64,000 nucleotides of DNA from Escherichia coli (GCA_032372955.1 GCA_032372955.1_4725.1); one strand, 5' to 3'. Counted from the stretch's first letter, positions 19,659-29,178 are shown. Notes: generated from the sequence alone by a model not told the origin. Made by a program: numbers and translations.

Positions 19659-20229
19659 GTTCGTTGCTGGAGAACAGACCGACGATGATATTCGGCGATT
19701 CATGGCATATATCGCACCGCTGAGTCACGATGGGGTTCCGGGACATAATGTGTTCCTGCCGTTGCGGGGTGTTTCGACAACAGCCGCCTATGTCCGTCTG
19801 TTAACCGAGATGTTGCGGATTAGCGAGCACCCTGGTGGTACCAACCGTGTTAGCTTGAAAGGGCTTGCTGAGCAATTATCTTACATGCCTGTTATCCGTG
19901 AGAAACCATCATGGGCGGAAGAACGTCGCGCGTTAACCCTGATACGCAATCTGGATTCTGATGCTTGGCGTGAGAACCTCATCACGTATTTGTTGATCAT
20001 CAAACGTCGTCAGAAACCAGCGAAGAGTCTGCTCATTATTGACGACAACGACCCGAACGTTGATTTGGTTGAGATCACACGAGCAATAAGCGCGTTGACC
20101 GGTGAATCAATCAATCCTAAACTTGAACCGTTGGCCGCAATCCGTCAGATGGTCAGCAGGCTGTCTGATAATACGGCCTTTGTCAATATTTGCAGCGATT
20201 ACGATAAAGAAAAGGAGAGTATTCGATGA
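19633..20229 (+). CDS. hypothetical protein
   Basis: GTG start after AAGGAGA RBS; 198 codons. Confidence 0.5.
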   Translation: MSVLREAFKFVAGEQTDDDIRRFMAYIAPLSHDGVPGHNVFLPLRGVSTTAAYVRLLTEMLRISEHPGGTNRVSLKGLAEQLSYMPVIREKPSWAEERRALTLIRNLDSDAWRENLITYLLIIKRRQKPAKSLLIIDDNDPNVDLVEITRAISALTGESINPKLEPLAAIRQMVSRLSDNTAFVNICSDYDKEKESIR

Positions 20230-20561
20230 TAGACAGTATCGAACTTAATGAAGAGCAGCCGTTATCGGTCGTACAACAACTTTTAGCGCAGCATGAGCTT
20301 GTTTGGTCGGAAGAGCGTACGCCATGTGAAAACTGTCGCTATAACCATGTTGTCGCTGAGACCGTTTTTGGTTCTCTAACTATCGAGTGGAAAGGTTGGA
20401 AGGATTATACCAGCTACGACTGCGATTTACCTTTCCCAGTCAACGATGAGTTTCCACACATCAACGCTGATAGTTTAGATGAAGCGAAAGCGAAAGTAAA
20501 AGCTTGGTACGACTACGTGATATTGGCTGGACTCGGCCTGACAACAGATAAACCAGAATAA
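20226..20561 (+). CDS. hypothetical protein
   Basis: 111 codons, ATGA overlap. Confidence 0.5.
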   Translation: MIDSIELNEEQPLSVVQQLLAQHELVWSEERTPCENCRYNHVVAETVFGSLTIEWKGWKDYTSYDCDLPFPVNDEFPHINADSLDEAKAKVKAWYDYVILAGLGLTTDKPE

Positions 20562-20573
20562 TGAAAAGGTGTT

Positions 20574-21899
20574 ATGATGAGCAAACTACTGTTTGAAATT
20601 AACGGGAAAGAATATACACCGCCCCAGGCAGTTATCGGTGCGTTATTACGATACACTGCATACCGGCGTCAAGGATGGTTGTTTGATATTGATGGACCGG
20701 CGTTTATTACAGCGATACAGGATGCTATCGCCCCGAAGAAATTATGCGATAATTACAATACTGAACTGTCGTACAAATTATCGCCTATGGTTCCATATGC
20801 GTCCTATAAGGAACTTTTGACGGGTATATGTTCGTATGAACAAGGTGGGTCCACATCGTACACGCGTGCGCTGGAATTCGTAGAAGAAATAGTGCGTCGA
20901 TTGAAAGTTGATCCGTATAACACGCGTAAGGGAATAATACAACTAATGGTGTACGATTTCTCGGCTAGCCAAGAAATCATCGCGGAGTATAATCCTTACT
21001 TACTTATACGTGCTTTCTTCTGGATCGATGCAGCGCTAGATGATCGTTCCGGACCATGCCGTTTAGCGATTCATGCCGGTGAACGCCAGTTGAAGCAATG
21101 GTTGGAAGATTGCGATATCAATTTGCATGGCATGACGATACCCGATTTCTTCGAAGACTATTTTTCGTTATCGGGACTCGATGATGCTGTAGTAGAACTG
21201 AAACCTACGGATACCGATCCGGTTGTCGTCGAACTTAAAACCGAATCGGATACCAGCAACCATTCGTTCGAGCCGTTAGCGGTAGAGAAGCCTGCATTTT
21301 GTTTAGATGTTGAAAACCTTAGTTTGGAAAAGAATGGAGTATTGCTGGAAATCGGTATCGTGTTCTTCGATCTGGCTAATCCAGAATCCATTGTTAACGG
21401 TCCGCGTATAGATATCTTCCCTGACGTTCATGGTCAAATCGCTGACGGCGGTCGTATCAGTGAATCAACAGTAGAATGGTGGCAAACCAAAGCACCAAAG
21501 GAAGCGCGCGACTATTGTTTTCAACATTGTAAGGCAATGGGTTATAAAGAAGCCATCGCCGAAGTAAATGCGTTCGTCAACAGTATTCGTGACAGAATGA
21601 CTGAATACTACGGTAAAGATACCTTCTATTATCTTGCTCGTGGTGAAACAGATTGGCCTCAATTAGAGCATTGGTTCCGTAAAGCGGGCTTTAAGCCAGT
21701 TTGTCGTTATAACCAGGTTCAGGATATCCGTTCGATGATTGCTGCGTATCAAGACAAACCGGTATCCATCTTAGGCACCAAAGAGTATCCAGACATGGGT
21801 ATTCCGCTGATCCGTCATACCGCTATCGGTGACGCAATCATGGATGCGTACGACGTTGCGTTAGCGCGAAGCATGGCGACGTCTAAGCTACTGAAGTGA
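20574..21899 (+). CDS. protein with C-terminal DEDDh-type 3'-5' exonuclease-like domain
   Basis: FCLDVENLS (Exo I D-x-E-like) and HTAIGDAIMDAYD (Exo III H-x4-D-like) in the C-terminal half. Confidence 0.45.
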   Translation: MMSKLLFEINGKEYTPPQAVIGALLRYTAYRRQGWLFDIDGPAFITAIQDAIAPKKLCDNYNTELSYKLSPMVPYASYKELLTGICSYEQGGSTSYTRALEFVEEIVRRLKVDPYNTRKGIIQLMVYDFSASQEIIAEYNPYLLIRAFFWIDAALDDRSGPCRLAIHAGERQLKQWLEDCDINLHGMTIPDFFEDYFSLSGLDDAVVELKPTDTDPVVVELKTESDTSNHSFEPLAVEKPAFCLDVENLSLEKNGVLLEIGIVFFDLANPESIVNGPRIDIFPDVHGQIADGGRISESTVEWWQTKAPKEARDYCFQHCKAMGYKEAIAEVNAFVNSIRDRMTEYYGKDTFYYLARGETDWPQLEHWFRKAGFKPVCRYNQVQDIRSMIAAYQDKPVSILGTKEYPDMGIPLIRHTAIGDAIMDAYDVALARSMATSKLLK

Positions 21900-21950
21900 T
21901 AGCACCCTGCGCAATGAATATGACGATGATCGTTTAATAAAGGAAAGAAG

Positions 21951-22265
21951 ATGTCTGAAAAGCATATTGAAATTCTTGATGCCGCTATCGCTTCGAAAGA
22001 TAGCGGTACATTCATCAAAGCGGTATTTGCAGAACAGCGTAATAACCCAGCAACGCTGAATAAAGTTCGTGATGCAATTGCATTCCGTCTTACCAAGTCA
22101 GATATTTCTGATGTGGATAAAACAACGATGCGTAAATTACGCGACGATCTTAATGCATACATCGCTCGTGGTTGTACGGATAAAACCGTTCGTGAGGTTC
22201 TCGATTCTAACGTGAAATACGAATCAGACTTCAAGAAGAACGGTTCAACACCGAAAACAGAATAA
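21951..22265 (+). CDS. hypothetical protein
   Basis: 104 codons, AAGGAAAGAAG RBS. Confidence 0.5.
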   Translation: MSEKHIEILDAAIASKDSGTFIKAVFAEQRNNPATLNKVRDAIAFRLTKSDISDVDKTTMRKLRDDLNAYIARGCTDKTVREVLDSNVKYESDFKKNGSTPKTE

Positions 22266-22274
22266 CAGCATATT

Positions 22275-22315
22275 CCCTCCTCCTTCCCTGATGGGTTGGA
22301 GGAGGGTTATGTTCG
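22275..22315 (+). terminator. stem-loop plus TTATGTTCG
   Basis: CCCTCCTCC(22275-22283)/GGAGGAGGG(22298-22306) with inner CCC-TGAT-GGG. Confidence 0.5.
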
Positions 22316-22328
22316 TATTGAGGTTAAC

Positions 22329-22628
22329 ATGCTCGATCGTGAACGATTGAAGAAAACGACAAAGCTCCTCGATGAGTTCAGAACCGCGGGTCAATTCGAG
22401 AGCTTCACTAAGAACCGAGCTATTGTTCGATTCCTTCTTTATTTGTGTTGCGTTGATTCGTCAGAGCGGGTTAGCCATACGTGTCCTCTGCTCAACGAAA
22501 ATCGTATTCCGTTATACAAAGCCGAAGAGTTATGTGAGTTCTTGATGAAATTCGGCGTTTTCTGTAACAGATATCGTGGCGATAGATCCGATGGGTATCT
22601 TGTCGAATTTAATGTCTTATTTCATTAA
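22329..22628 (+). CDS. hypothetical protein
   Basis: Track TTG start 22296 lies in the stem-loop; ATG 22329 has GAGG RBS. Confidence 0.4.
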   Translation: MLDRERLKKTTKLLDEFRTAGQFESFTKNRAIVRFLLYLCCVDSSERVSHTCPLLNENRIPLYKAEELCEFLMKFGVFCNRYRGDRSDGYLVEFNVLFH

Positions 22629-22675
22629 AACATTACTGAAATAGGATATCTAATGAGGTGAAATTCCTCGCTACT

Positions 22676-22700
22676 ACTTACTTACTATAATTACTTATTT
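22676..22700 (+). promoter_or_regulatory. possible variant of the TATATTAC motif upstream of paralog family A
   Basis: ACTTACTATAATTACTTATTTAC about 15 nt upstream of ATG 22714; one extra A relative to CTATATTACTTA. Confidence 0.25.
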
Positions 22701-22713
22701 ACCGAGGTATCAA

Positions 22714-23316
22714 ATGACTGTTTATTTGAAAATGATTAACGGGCATTCCAATGAAATTGCCGACGCTAATCGTCCTTTCAATTTATATCCCGTTCCTGAC
22801 GGAGCTTGTATTGAATTCAATCGTGATCCTACAGGGAATCCGTTCATTAATGTCGTCATGAGCGATAAAACAAAAAGATCGTTTTATCCGACAGGTAATA
22901 CCTATGTCGTTGAGGATAAAACGACGGTATCCAAGTTTGAGTTCGAAGAAAAATTTAGCGCTGAAGATCGTAAAGAGACGTTAGATTTTCTTCAGAGTTT
23001 GGATTCATATCAGAATTTACCGGCGGATATTAAATGCTTAAAAATCGAAGATATGCTGTTAGCATTAAAACATACACCTCTTAAATGTTCAGAGAAAACG
23101 CCACGCGTGTTTAATATCCGTCTATTGAAATACTGTACACAACCGGTTAGAGTGAAAGAGAGTCAAACTCCATTGCTGGAAAAGTTATTCAGCGATTGTG
23201 GTTATCCCCACGTTGGATTTATTTACCCGGAACCAGAAAAATCATCAACCGAAAGAACGGTAATGCACATTGTTGTTAAATTACCTTCGGCGGAGAATAT
23301 CCTGTCGGGTTGGTGA
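22714..23316 (+). CDS. hypothetical protein, paralog family A (member 1)
   Basis: N-terminus MxVxLKMxxG..NAxPFxLxxVPD..IEFNRD..G shared with the next two genes. Confidence 0.55.
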   Translation: MTVYLKMINGHSNEIADANRPFNLYPVPDGACIEFNRDPTGNPFINVVMSDKTKRSFYPTGNTYVVEDKTTVSKFEFEEKFSAEDRKETLDFLQSLDSYQNLPADIKCLKIEDMLLALKHTPLKCSEKTPRVFNIRLLKYCTQPVRVKESQTPLLEKLFSDCGYPHVGFIYPEPEKSSTERTVMHIVVKLPSAENILSGW

Positions 23317-23330
23317 TATACCTCAACCCT

Positions 23331-23356
23331 TGAAGGGGAGGGTTAAATCCCCTTCA
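23331..23356 (+). terminator. GC-rich stem-loop (G-arm first)
   Basis: TGAAGGGGA(23331-23339)/TCCCCTTCA(23348-23356). Confidence 0.45.
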
Positions 23357-23388
23357 TTACTACTACTAGGACTACTAAGGAATAAAAC

Positions 23389-23922
23389 ATGAGCGTTATT
23401 GTAAAAGTAATGGGCAACTGCGATACTAGCGATCGTAACAACGCAAAACCGTTTACATTGCATGTGGTACCAGATCGCTTGACCACAATTGAATTCAACC
23501 GCGATTCGATGGGTAGACCGACACTGGAATTCGTCGCCCATGGTGATAAGGATCAACGATTTATCGATTACCCAGGTGGTAACGTTTATGTGATGGACAA
23601 TGGTAACACCATCGCAACGTATGCCTATTCCTGTGGTTTTGGGAAGGATGATGTTGACCGTATGTACGCGTACGTCCGTGCTACGAAGTATGGGGAAGTG
23701 CTGGATGCGAGTGGTAAACTTGACGATCGCCTTATTTGTGCGTTGTTGGAAATCCGTTTAATCGATCGTGATATAAAACAAACGCGCAATATCGAGTTTG
23801 TAAAATCAGACAATCCTAACTTTGTTAGTCACGTAAATCGTCTTTTACAAGAGTTGTTTACTGGTGAATTAACGGCATATTACGCCGGTGCGAACGGCAA
23901 AATCATCGCGATCGTTAAGTAG
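23389..23922 (+). CDS. hypothetical protein, paralog family A (member 2)
   Basis: Paralogous to 22714..23316 and 24009..24557. Confidence 0.55.
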   Translation: MSVIVKVMGNCDTSDRNNAKPFTLHVVPDRLTTIEFNRDSMGRPTLEFVAHGDKDQRFIDYPGGNVYVMDNGNTIATYAYSCGFGKDDVDRMYAYVRATKYGEVLDASGKLDDRLICALLEIRLIDRDIKQTRNIEFVKSDNPNFVSHVNRLLQELFTGELTAYYAGANGKIIAIVK

Positions 23923-23931
23923 TAATCCCTA

Positions 23932-23955
23932 CGAGGGGGTGGGATAATACCCCCT
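23932..23955 (+). terminator. GC-rich stem-loop (G-arm first)
   Basis: GAGGGGGT(23932-23939)/ACCCCCTC(23948-23955). Confidence 0.45.
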
Positions 23956-24008
23956 CAATTTGTTGTACTATCTATCATTTCTATTATCTATTATCATGAG
24001 GTTCTATT

Positions 24009-24557
24009 ATGTCTATGTTTTTGAAAATGATGAGCGGTTACAATCTCCCCGATGAGAACAATGCGAAGCCTTGTACGGTTCTACCGCTTTCGGATAAATG
24101 TAAGATCGAATTCGGTCGCGACGAGTACGGCGCACCTGTTGTAACCGTCGCCTATGAAGACGGAACAATCGAGAGCTATCATCCTGATGGGAATACTTAC
24201 CTCACCGAAGATCGTCGTACGATCGCAGCGTATGCGTACTCTGAATACGTAGCGCCAGGTCGTCGTATGGCTGTCGAGGTCACGATGAAAGACCTTAAGC
24301 GCTACGACGATTATGCACAGTTCGCAACCAATAACCAGATTGCGCATTTCCTAACTGTGTTATCTTGCGTTCCTCGCGGATGCGGCATAACCCGTAAATG
24401 TCGTCTGTCTGTTGACGATCGTATCAATGTAGGCGATATTGATAAACTTAGCGATTTTATCGCGGATATGGGTTATCAATTTGCTGGCTATACCACAACA
24501 AATCCGATGGATGACGAAATTATTTACGTTCTCGAATTCGCTGTTCTCGTGAAATAA
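24009..24557 (+). CDS. hypothetical protein, paralog family A (member 3)
   Basis: Paralogous to the two preceding genes. Confidence 0.55.
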   Translation: MSMFLKMMSGYNLPDENNAKPCTVLPLSDKCKIEFGRDEYGAPVVTVAYEDGTIESYHPDGNTYLTEDRRTIAAYAYSEYVAPGRRMAVEVTMKDLKRYDDYAQFATNNQIAHFLTVLSCVPRGCGITRKCRLSVDDRINVGDIDKLSDFIADMGYQFAGYTTTNPMDDEIIYVLEFAVLVK

Positions 24558-24570
24558 GTTGATTGATGGA

Positions 24571-24599
24571 GCCTCCCGTAATGGGAGGCTTTTATGCTG
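24571..24599 (+). terminator. stem-loop plus TTTTATGCTG
   Basis: GCCTCCC(24571-24577) GTAAT GGGAGGC(24583-24589). Confidence 0.55.
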
Positions 24600-24721
24600 C
24601 CATATCCCGTCCATCAAAACTAACGGATTTTAAGAATTCTCTGAAGCCAGGAGAACCGACGTTGTAAGTAATTAGGGCGTCTCGACAAAACTCTATTTAC
24701 TTTTACGACGAGGTGAAAACG

Positions 24722-24925
24722 ATGTTAACGAAGGAATCCAAGAAGAACATTGAAGCATGGATTTTTGATAATGCGCCGTTGAATCTATCATTGGATCCGA
24801 AGGTTCGTGGTTTACAAGCTGATTTTGCGTATAACGTGTTACATGGTTGCTGTTACACGTTAAGCAATCCTAAATATCGTTATAAATTTCAGGAACTACT
24901 CGAAACACTTAGAGGATTAAAATGA
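24722..24925 (+). CDS. hypothetical small protein
   Basis: ATG after GAGGTG RBS; ATGA-coupled to thyA. Confidence 0.4.
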   Translation: MLTKESKKNIEAWIFDNAPLNLSLDPKVRGLQADFAYNVLHGCCYTLSNPKYRYKFQELLETLRGLK

Positions 24926-25941
24926 AACAGTATTTGGACCTTTTGCAAGACATCATGGATAACGGTCGCGATAAAGCCGATCGCACAGGTACCGGAACCC
25001 GTTCCGTATTCGGGCGTCAAATGCGTTTTGACTTGAAGAAAGGATTCCCGCTGGTAACCACCAAGAAGATTCACCTTAAGAGCGTTATCCACGAACTGCT
25101 CTGGTTTCTTAACGGTGATACGAACGTTGCTTATCTTCAAGATAACGGTGTTCGTATCTGGAATGAATGGGCTGACGAAGAAGGGAATCTAGGACCGATT
25201 TACGGCAAACAATGGCGGGAATGGATCGACTATAAAGTGGTTGTTCCGCACGATACAGAACGTACTCGTGAGTTGATGCAACGCGGCTATGAGTATTGCG
25301 GCATCCTTGACGCCGGTATGCTAAAACACCTCGTGTATGTTAAACCTCACGATCAGATTGCAAACGTAATGCGTCAGCTTAAAGAAGATCCTGATTCTCG
25401 ACGGATCATCGTTAGCGCGTGGAACGTAGGCGATTTAGACGATATGCATCTCGCTCCGTGCCATTCATTTTATCAGTTCTATACCCACGAGCTCACGATC
25501 GATGAACGCGTTGATTATGTTCAACGCAATGACGTATTAAGAACCCAATGGGTTACGGATGACGTACGGCATAGTGAAACGGAACTTTGGTTGAACGCGC
25601 ATAACGTACCAACACGTGCTTTATCCTGTCAGCTTTATCAGCGATCGTGCGACGCAGTGCTTGGGAAACCGTTCAACATCGCATCGTATTCGTTGTTAAC
25701 GCATATGCTTGCCCAACAGCTGAATATGGACGTTGGTGAGTTCGTGTGGACGGGTGGAGATTGCCACATCTATCACAACCACTTCGAACAGGTTAAAGAG
25801 CAGCTCAGTCGTGAGCCGTACCCATTACCGAAGCTAACAATCGTACGTAAACCGGAAAGTATTACGGATTACCGTTACGAAGACTTTGTGTTTGTTGGAT
25901 ATCAATCACATCCGGCTATCAAGGCTAAGGTGGCGGTGTAA
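24922..25941 (+). CDS. thyA: thymidylate synthase (ThyA) with two internal insertions
   Basis: [63 protein letters not shown] closely match E. coli ThyA; 339 aa versus about 264 aa. Confidence 0.9.
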   Translation: MKQYLDLLQDIMDNGRDKADRTGTGTRSVFGRQMRFDLKKGFPLVTTKKIHLKSVIHELLWFLNGDTNVAYLQDNGVRIWNEWADEEGNLGPIYGKQWREWIDYKVVVPHDTERTRELMQRGYEYCGILDAGMLKHLVYVKPHDQIANVMRQLKEDPDSRRIIVSAWNVGDLDDMHLAPCHSFYQFYTHELTIDERVDYVQRNDVLRTQWVTDDVRHSETELWLNAHNVPTRALSCQLYQRSCDAVLGKPFNIASYSLLTHMLAQQLNMDVGEFVWTGGDCHIYHNHFEQVKEQLSREPYPLPKLTIVRKPESITDYRYEDFVFVGYQSHPAIKAKVAV

Positions 25942-25952
25942 ATTAACAACTG

Positions 25953-25972
25953 AGGGTGGGTACGCCCACCCT
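25953..25972 (+). terminator. GC-rich stem-loop after thyA
   Basis: AGGGTGGG(25953-25960) TACG CCCACCCT(25965-25972). Confidence 0.45.
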
Positions 25973-25988
25973 AATACGGAGAACTATC

Positions 25989-26282
25989 GTGGATGAAGTA
26001 AGTTCTGAACTGTTAGAAGCAATGGATGAGCGAGTAACCACTATCGGTTTTTATCTCACTGGTGTTACTGAAGCATTACCCATACCGAAAAATAGTTACG
26101 AGATGGAGGCTGATAGCATACTTACACAAACCCTTCCTATACAGCTTAAAGCAGAAATTAACGAACGTCTACGCGTCGATATGCTTACGAAAGAACAGCG
26201 TGAATCCTTGCTGGAAGCATTAGATACCATCGACAAGAGAATGACGCTTCTTAAATTAGGTTTTAAGAAGCAATTGCATTAA
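25989..26282 (+). CDS. hypothetical protein
   Basis: GTG start after GGAG RBS; track start 25956 lies inside stem-loop. Confidence 0.45.
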   Translation: MDEVSSELLEAMDERVTTIGFYLTGVTEALPIPKNSYEMEADSILTQTLPIQLKAEINERLRVDMLTKEQRESLLEALDTIDKRMTLLKLGFKKQLH

Positions 26283-26312
26283 GAATATCGAGATTTATTT
26301 TAGGAGTTTAGA

Positions 26313-26453
26313 ATGGCCTGGTCATACCCCTATCGTATTCTGATAGGTGTTAAAAATAAGAAAGGTCCCCGTAAAGGTAAATGGAGATACACCTGGTTAT
26401 GCGGACAGATAGAACTAAAACCAAGGATCTTCTCTGCCTGGAGTAAAAAGTGA
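26313..26453 (+). CDS. small basic protein with KKGPRKGK motif (46 aa)
   Basis: Not in ORF track (<60 aa); TAGGAG RBS; stop overlaps next start. Confidence 0.35.
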   Translation: MAWSYPYRILIGVKNKKGPRKGKWRYTWLCGQIELKPRIFSAWSKK

Positions 26454-26656
26454 TGATTAATTCTCTACAGCGCCACATACTAAATCATGTTATCAACGAC
26501 ATGATTGGTGTTCGTTTAGTCAAAGGAAAACACAAGAAAGGTTGCAATAAAGGAAAACGGTTCGTGGCGTATGTGGTACCAACGACTGAACGAAGGATCG
26601 CAAATGCTGCGGTGGATTCTATCGCGAAAGCGATGCCGTGGCTTATGTTGGACTGA
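26453..26656 (+). CDS. small basic protein
   Basis: 67 codons; KGKHKKGCNKGKRF motif. Confidence 0.4.
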   Translation: MINSLQRHILNHVINDMIGVRLVKGKHKKGCNKGKRFVAYVVPTTERRIANAAVDSIAKAMPWLMLD

Positions 26657-26682
26657 CTTTTTAGAGGAAAGAGAGGTTACGC

Positions 26683-26874
26683 ATGCAATGTCTCGAAGTG
26701 ACAGAAGCAGGTACGCTAGAATATATCGACCCGATGTATTCATCCCGATTTATCGCCACTCGATATTTGGATCGTGTTTATAACAAACGCGTTAAACGAG
26801 GCCCAGGTAAAGGCAGACAGAAGAAAGTAAGTATTTATAAATGCCATAAAGCGCCTAATCCGGTGTATTATTGA
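26683..26874 (+). CDS. small basic protein with KRGPGKGR motif
   Basis: 63 codons, GAGAGG RBS. Confidence 0.4.
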   Translation: MQCLEVTEAGTLEYIDPMYSSRFIATRYLDRVYNKRVKRGPGKGRQKKVSIYKCHKAPNPVYY

Positions 26875-27218
26875 AGATAGCGTTGAAGAGGATCTACCCT
26901 ATGCTTAGCATCACTTATTTTCGTCGATGCTGGTATATTCATCAGTACCGCAAAAACAGGAATCAGATTATCGATATAAAGTTTCATATTGACTCTTTAC
27001 TCAAACTAGAGAAGGTGAAAGAACAACCGTTGGTTGTCGTTCGGTTGAGGTCTTTATTAGAACGTTTACGTATAGCGTCGCAGGTGAATGAACAGCTTCA
27101 TCAGGCGAATAAAGCGCGTGCGCCAAGGGTTGTACGGAAATGTTATCGTTCCGGATTTAACCATCGATTGAAAAGTATACGTAACAGTTTAAAGCATATA
27201 ACGGAGAATATGGCATGA
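26871..27218 (+). CDS. hypothetical basic protein
   Basis: 115 codons, ATGA overlap. Confidence 0.45.
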   Translation: MKIALKRIYPMLSITYFRRCWYIHQYRKNRNQIIDIKFHIDSLLKLEKVKEQPLVVVRLRSLLERLRIASQVNEQLHQANKARAPRVVRKCYRSGFNHRLKSIRNSLKHITENMA

Positions 27219-27859
27219 AAGATATCGCGGAAACAAAAGAAGAGAAATACACCCAACTGAAGAAGAAACTGGAGAAACAAGGTTTTCTAGCGAAACGTTT
27301 AATCCGTGTTATGCGTTATAAATACAAATGCTATTTCGGTACGGAGCTATCGAACGGTGATGCGTTTGTTAACGAGTGTCGTCGGACAATATCTCGCATT
27401 AATGACTTACAAGCGCGTAATGATTGGTGGTACAAAGAATCGGAAAACTTCACTGATACCGACCGCCGTACCGTATCCCACTTAGAAAAACAGTTGAAGG
27501 AGTTAATGGAAGACAGAGCCGACTTACAACGTCGAATCCATCAGCGATTTGATGAGTGGGAGAAGGGGGCTTTTATTAACGGTGATGAGATACGTATCGA
27601 TAACATCATTAGACGTCTTATCGCTAAAGATGATGAGGAAGACTTACCGTTACCGGACGATCACGATACCGCGAAACAGGTTCTCGAACAAGCGGTACGT
27701 TGCATGGGTGCTTTGCTCTCCCTGGGTCATATCGAACGCAAAAAGATCGTTCAATGTAAATTCGAAAAGCTTCTCGTTCAGTTCCACCGCAAGTTCTTTT
27801 ATAGCACCGAAAAAGAAGTTGCTGTACAACTAATAGAAGGTATCAATGAAGTTAAATAG
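27215..27859 (+). CDS. hypothetical protein
   Basis: 214 codons, ATGA overlap. Confidence 0.5.
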   Translation: MKDIAETKEEKYTQLKKKLEKQGFLAKRLIRVMRYKYKCYFGTELSNGDAFVNECRRTISRINDLQARNDWWYKESENFTDTDRRTVSHLEKQLKELMEDRADLQRRIHQRFDEWEKGAFINGDEIRIDNIIRRLIAKDDEEDLPLPDDHDTAKQVLEQAVRCMGALLSLGHIERKKIVQCKFEKLLVQFHRKFFYSTEKEVAVQLIEGINEVK

Positions 27860-28214
27860 AACTGTTCGGAGTATACAGTCATTTTGGTATCGATATTGGT
27901 TTAATCGTAATTTACGTGACTTCGTTCGGCTTATCCGTTATGTGAAGCTCATGATAAATTGTCGTGAGTTAAATAGAGAGTTGGGGATAGGTAGTGCGAG
28001 GAAATATACGTACGATACAGACCCGTTTATCGAGTACTGCAATTCGTATATAAGAGATATCGTGGTTCTGATGAAATCGAGCCATGAGTTGTTTATGTAT
28101 TGCGATTCTTGCTACAAGTCCTTTCTCGGACGCCGTGTTCGTGCAAATCGAATAAGAAATGCGATCTCTATGTTACATTGGCGATTTTACTATTTTCCAG
28201 ACCCCGATAAATAA
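27846..28214 (+). CDS. hypothetical basic protein
   Basis: 122 codons. Confidence 0.45.
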   Translation: MKLNRTVRSIQSFWYRYWFNRNLRDFVRLIRYVKLMINCRELNRELGIGSARKYTYDTDPFIEYCNSYIRDIVVLMKSSHELFMYCDSCYKSFLGRRVRANRIRNAISMLHWRFYYFPDPDK

Positions 28215-28225
28215 ACAACGTGTAT

Positions 28226-28552
28226 ATGAATCAGACAGCTATAATTGATATTTATAACTATCGTAAATACACATCCATGCTCGATGCTGCGACTTCGCTG
28301 TTAGAGCACAAGTTACGCGAATGCAACGTACAGACCGCTACAGAAGAAGTTCTGGAAATCGCGCAGTTGTTACTTGATCGTTTAAAAGAACTTCGAATTT
28401 ACGTGGCGAGCATGTATGGGAATGGTCCCGATGCTGTAAGTATTGCTTACAACAAACCAAGATTGATGGTGGAGAAGATTATCGAGCAAACCGGTAACAT
28501 CGACAATGAAATCAGCGCCTTTATAAGCGGCGTCAATACGTTAAAACTTTAA
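28226..28552 (+). CDS. hypothetical protein
   Basis: ATG 28226 (track GTG 28220). Confidence 0.45.
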   Translation: MNQTAIIDIYNYRKYTSMLDAATSLLEHKLRECNVQTATEEVLEIAQLLLDRLKELRIYVASMYGNGPDAVSIAYNKPRLMVEKIIEQTGNIDNEISAFISGVNTLKL

Positions 28553-28557
28553 GAGAG

Positions 28558-28866
28558 ATGATAAAAATGAACGAAAACAATTGTGAACTGGTTCCAGAAG
28601 AAAGGTTGGTTGCGATTCGTGATTACTTCTTGGCTGATGAAGAGAACAAACCATTCTTCGTCTTTTCGGATAATAAACATCAAGCAACCTGTGAACTCGC
28701 TGCAGCCGAGGGTATGCGTGATGCGTTAGTGTATCGATTGGAAGCGAAACGATCTGTTGTATCAGACACGACAGAGATCGATAATGCAATCAAGGCGGTC
28801 GATCGTCGATATGACGAGTTACTTACCGAGTATGAGAAAGGGTCGCAAACGGTAATTCTTCACTAA
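28558..28866 (+). CDS. hypothetical protein
   Basis: 102 codons, AAGAGAG RBS. Confidence 0.45.
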   Translation: MIKMNENNCELVPEERLVAIRDYFLADEENKPFFVFSDNKHQATCELAAAEGMRDALVYRLEAKRSVVSDTTEIDNAIKAVDRRYDELLTEYEKGSQTVILH

Positions 28867-28896
28867 TCCGCCCCATCCATTTGCACGGAGACGCAG

Positions 28897-29178
28897 ATGT
28901 TCAACAGTTCGATGGTGTATTACGGTAGTATCGTTCAGGTATTGGTACCTTTCATCGATGATCGTACCTGTTTAGCAGCAGACGCACGGTATATTCAACG
29001 CTGGGTAAAACTTGGGCGATTAACACGAAAACATTTACAGCATGCGATGACTTCAACCCATGCTGCGATTCATCTTATCGACCCTAACTTTCGCGACGGT
29101 AAAAGACACATTCACCTTTATCGTGAAAGTTATGTCCGCTGGTTAGAAAACGCATTAAAGGATAAAGAACATGAGTAA
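28897..29178 (+). CDS. hypothetical protein
   Basis: 93 codons, GGAGACG RBS. Confidence 0.45.
   Translation: MFNSSMVYYGSIVQVLVPFIDDRTCLAADARYIQRWVKLGRLTRKHLQHAMTSTHAAIHLIDPNFRDGKRHIHLYRESYVRWLENALKDKEHE

Noticed and set aside
24922-25941. Possible intein or group I intron in thyA (by analogy with the T4 td intron)
   Set aside because: The reading frame is continuous, the inserts are only about 35 to 40 aa (too short for an intein) and no intron-like interruption is visible.
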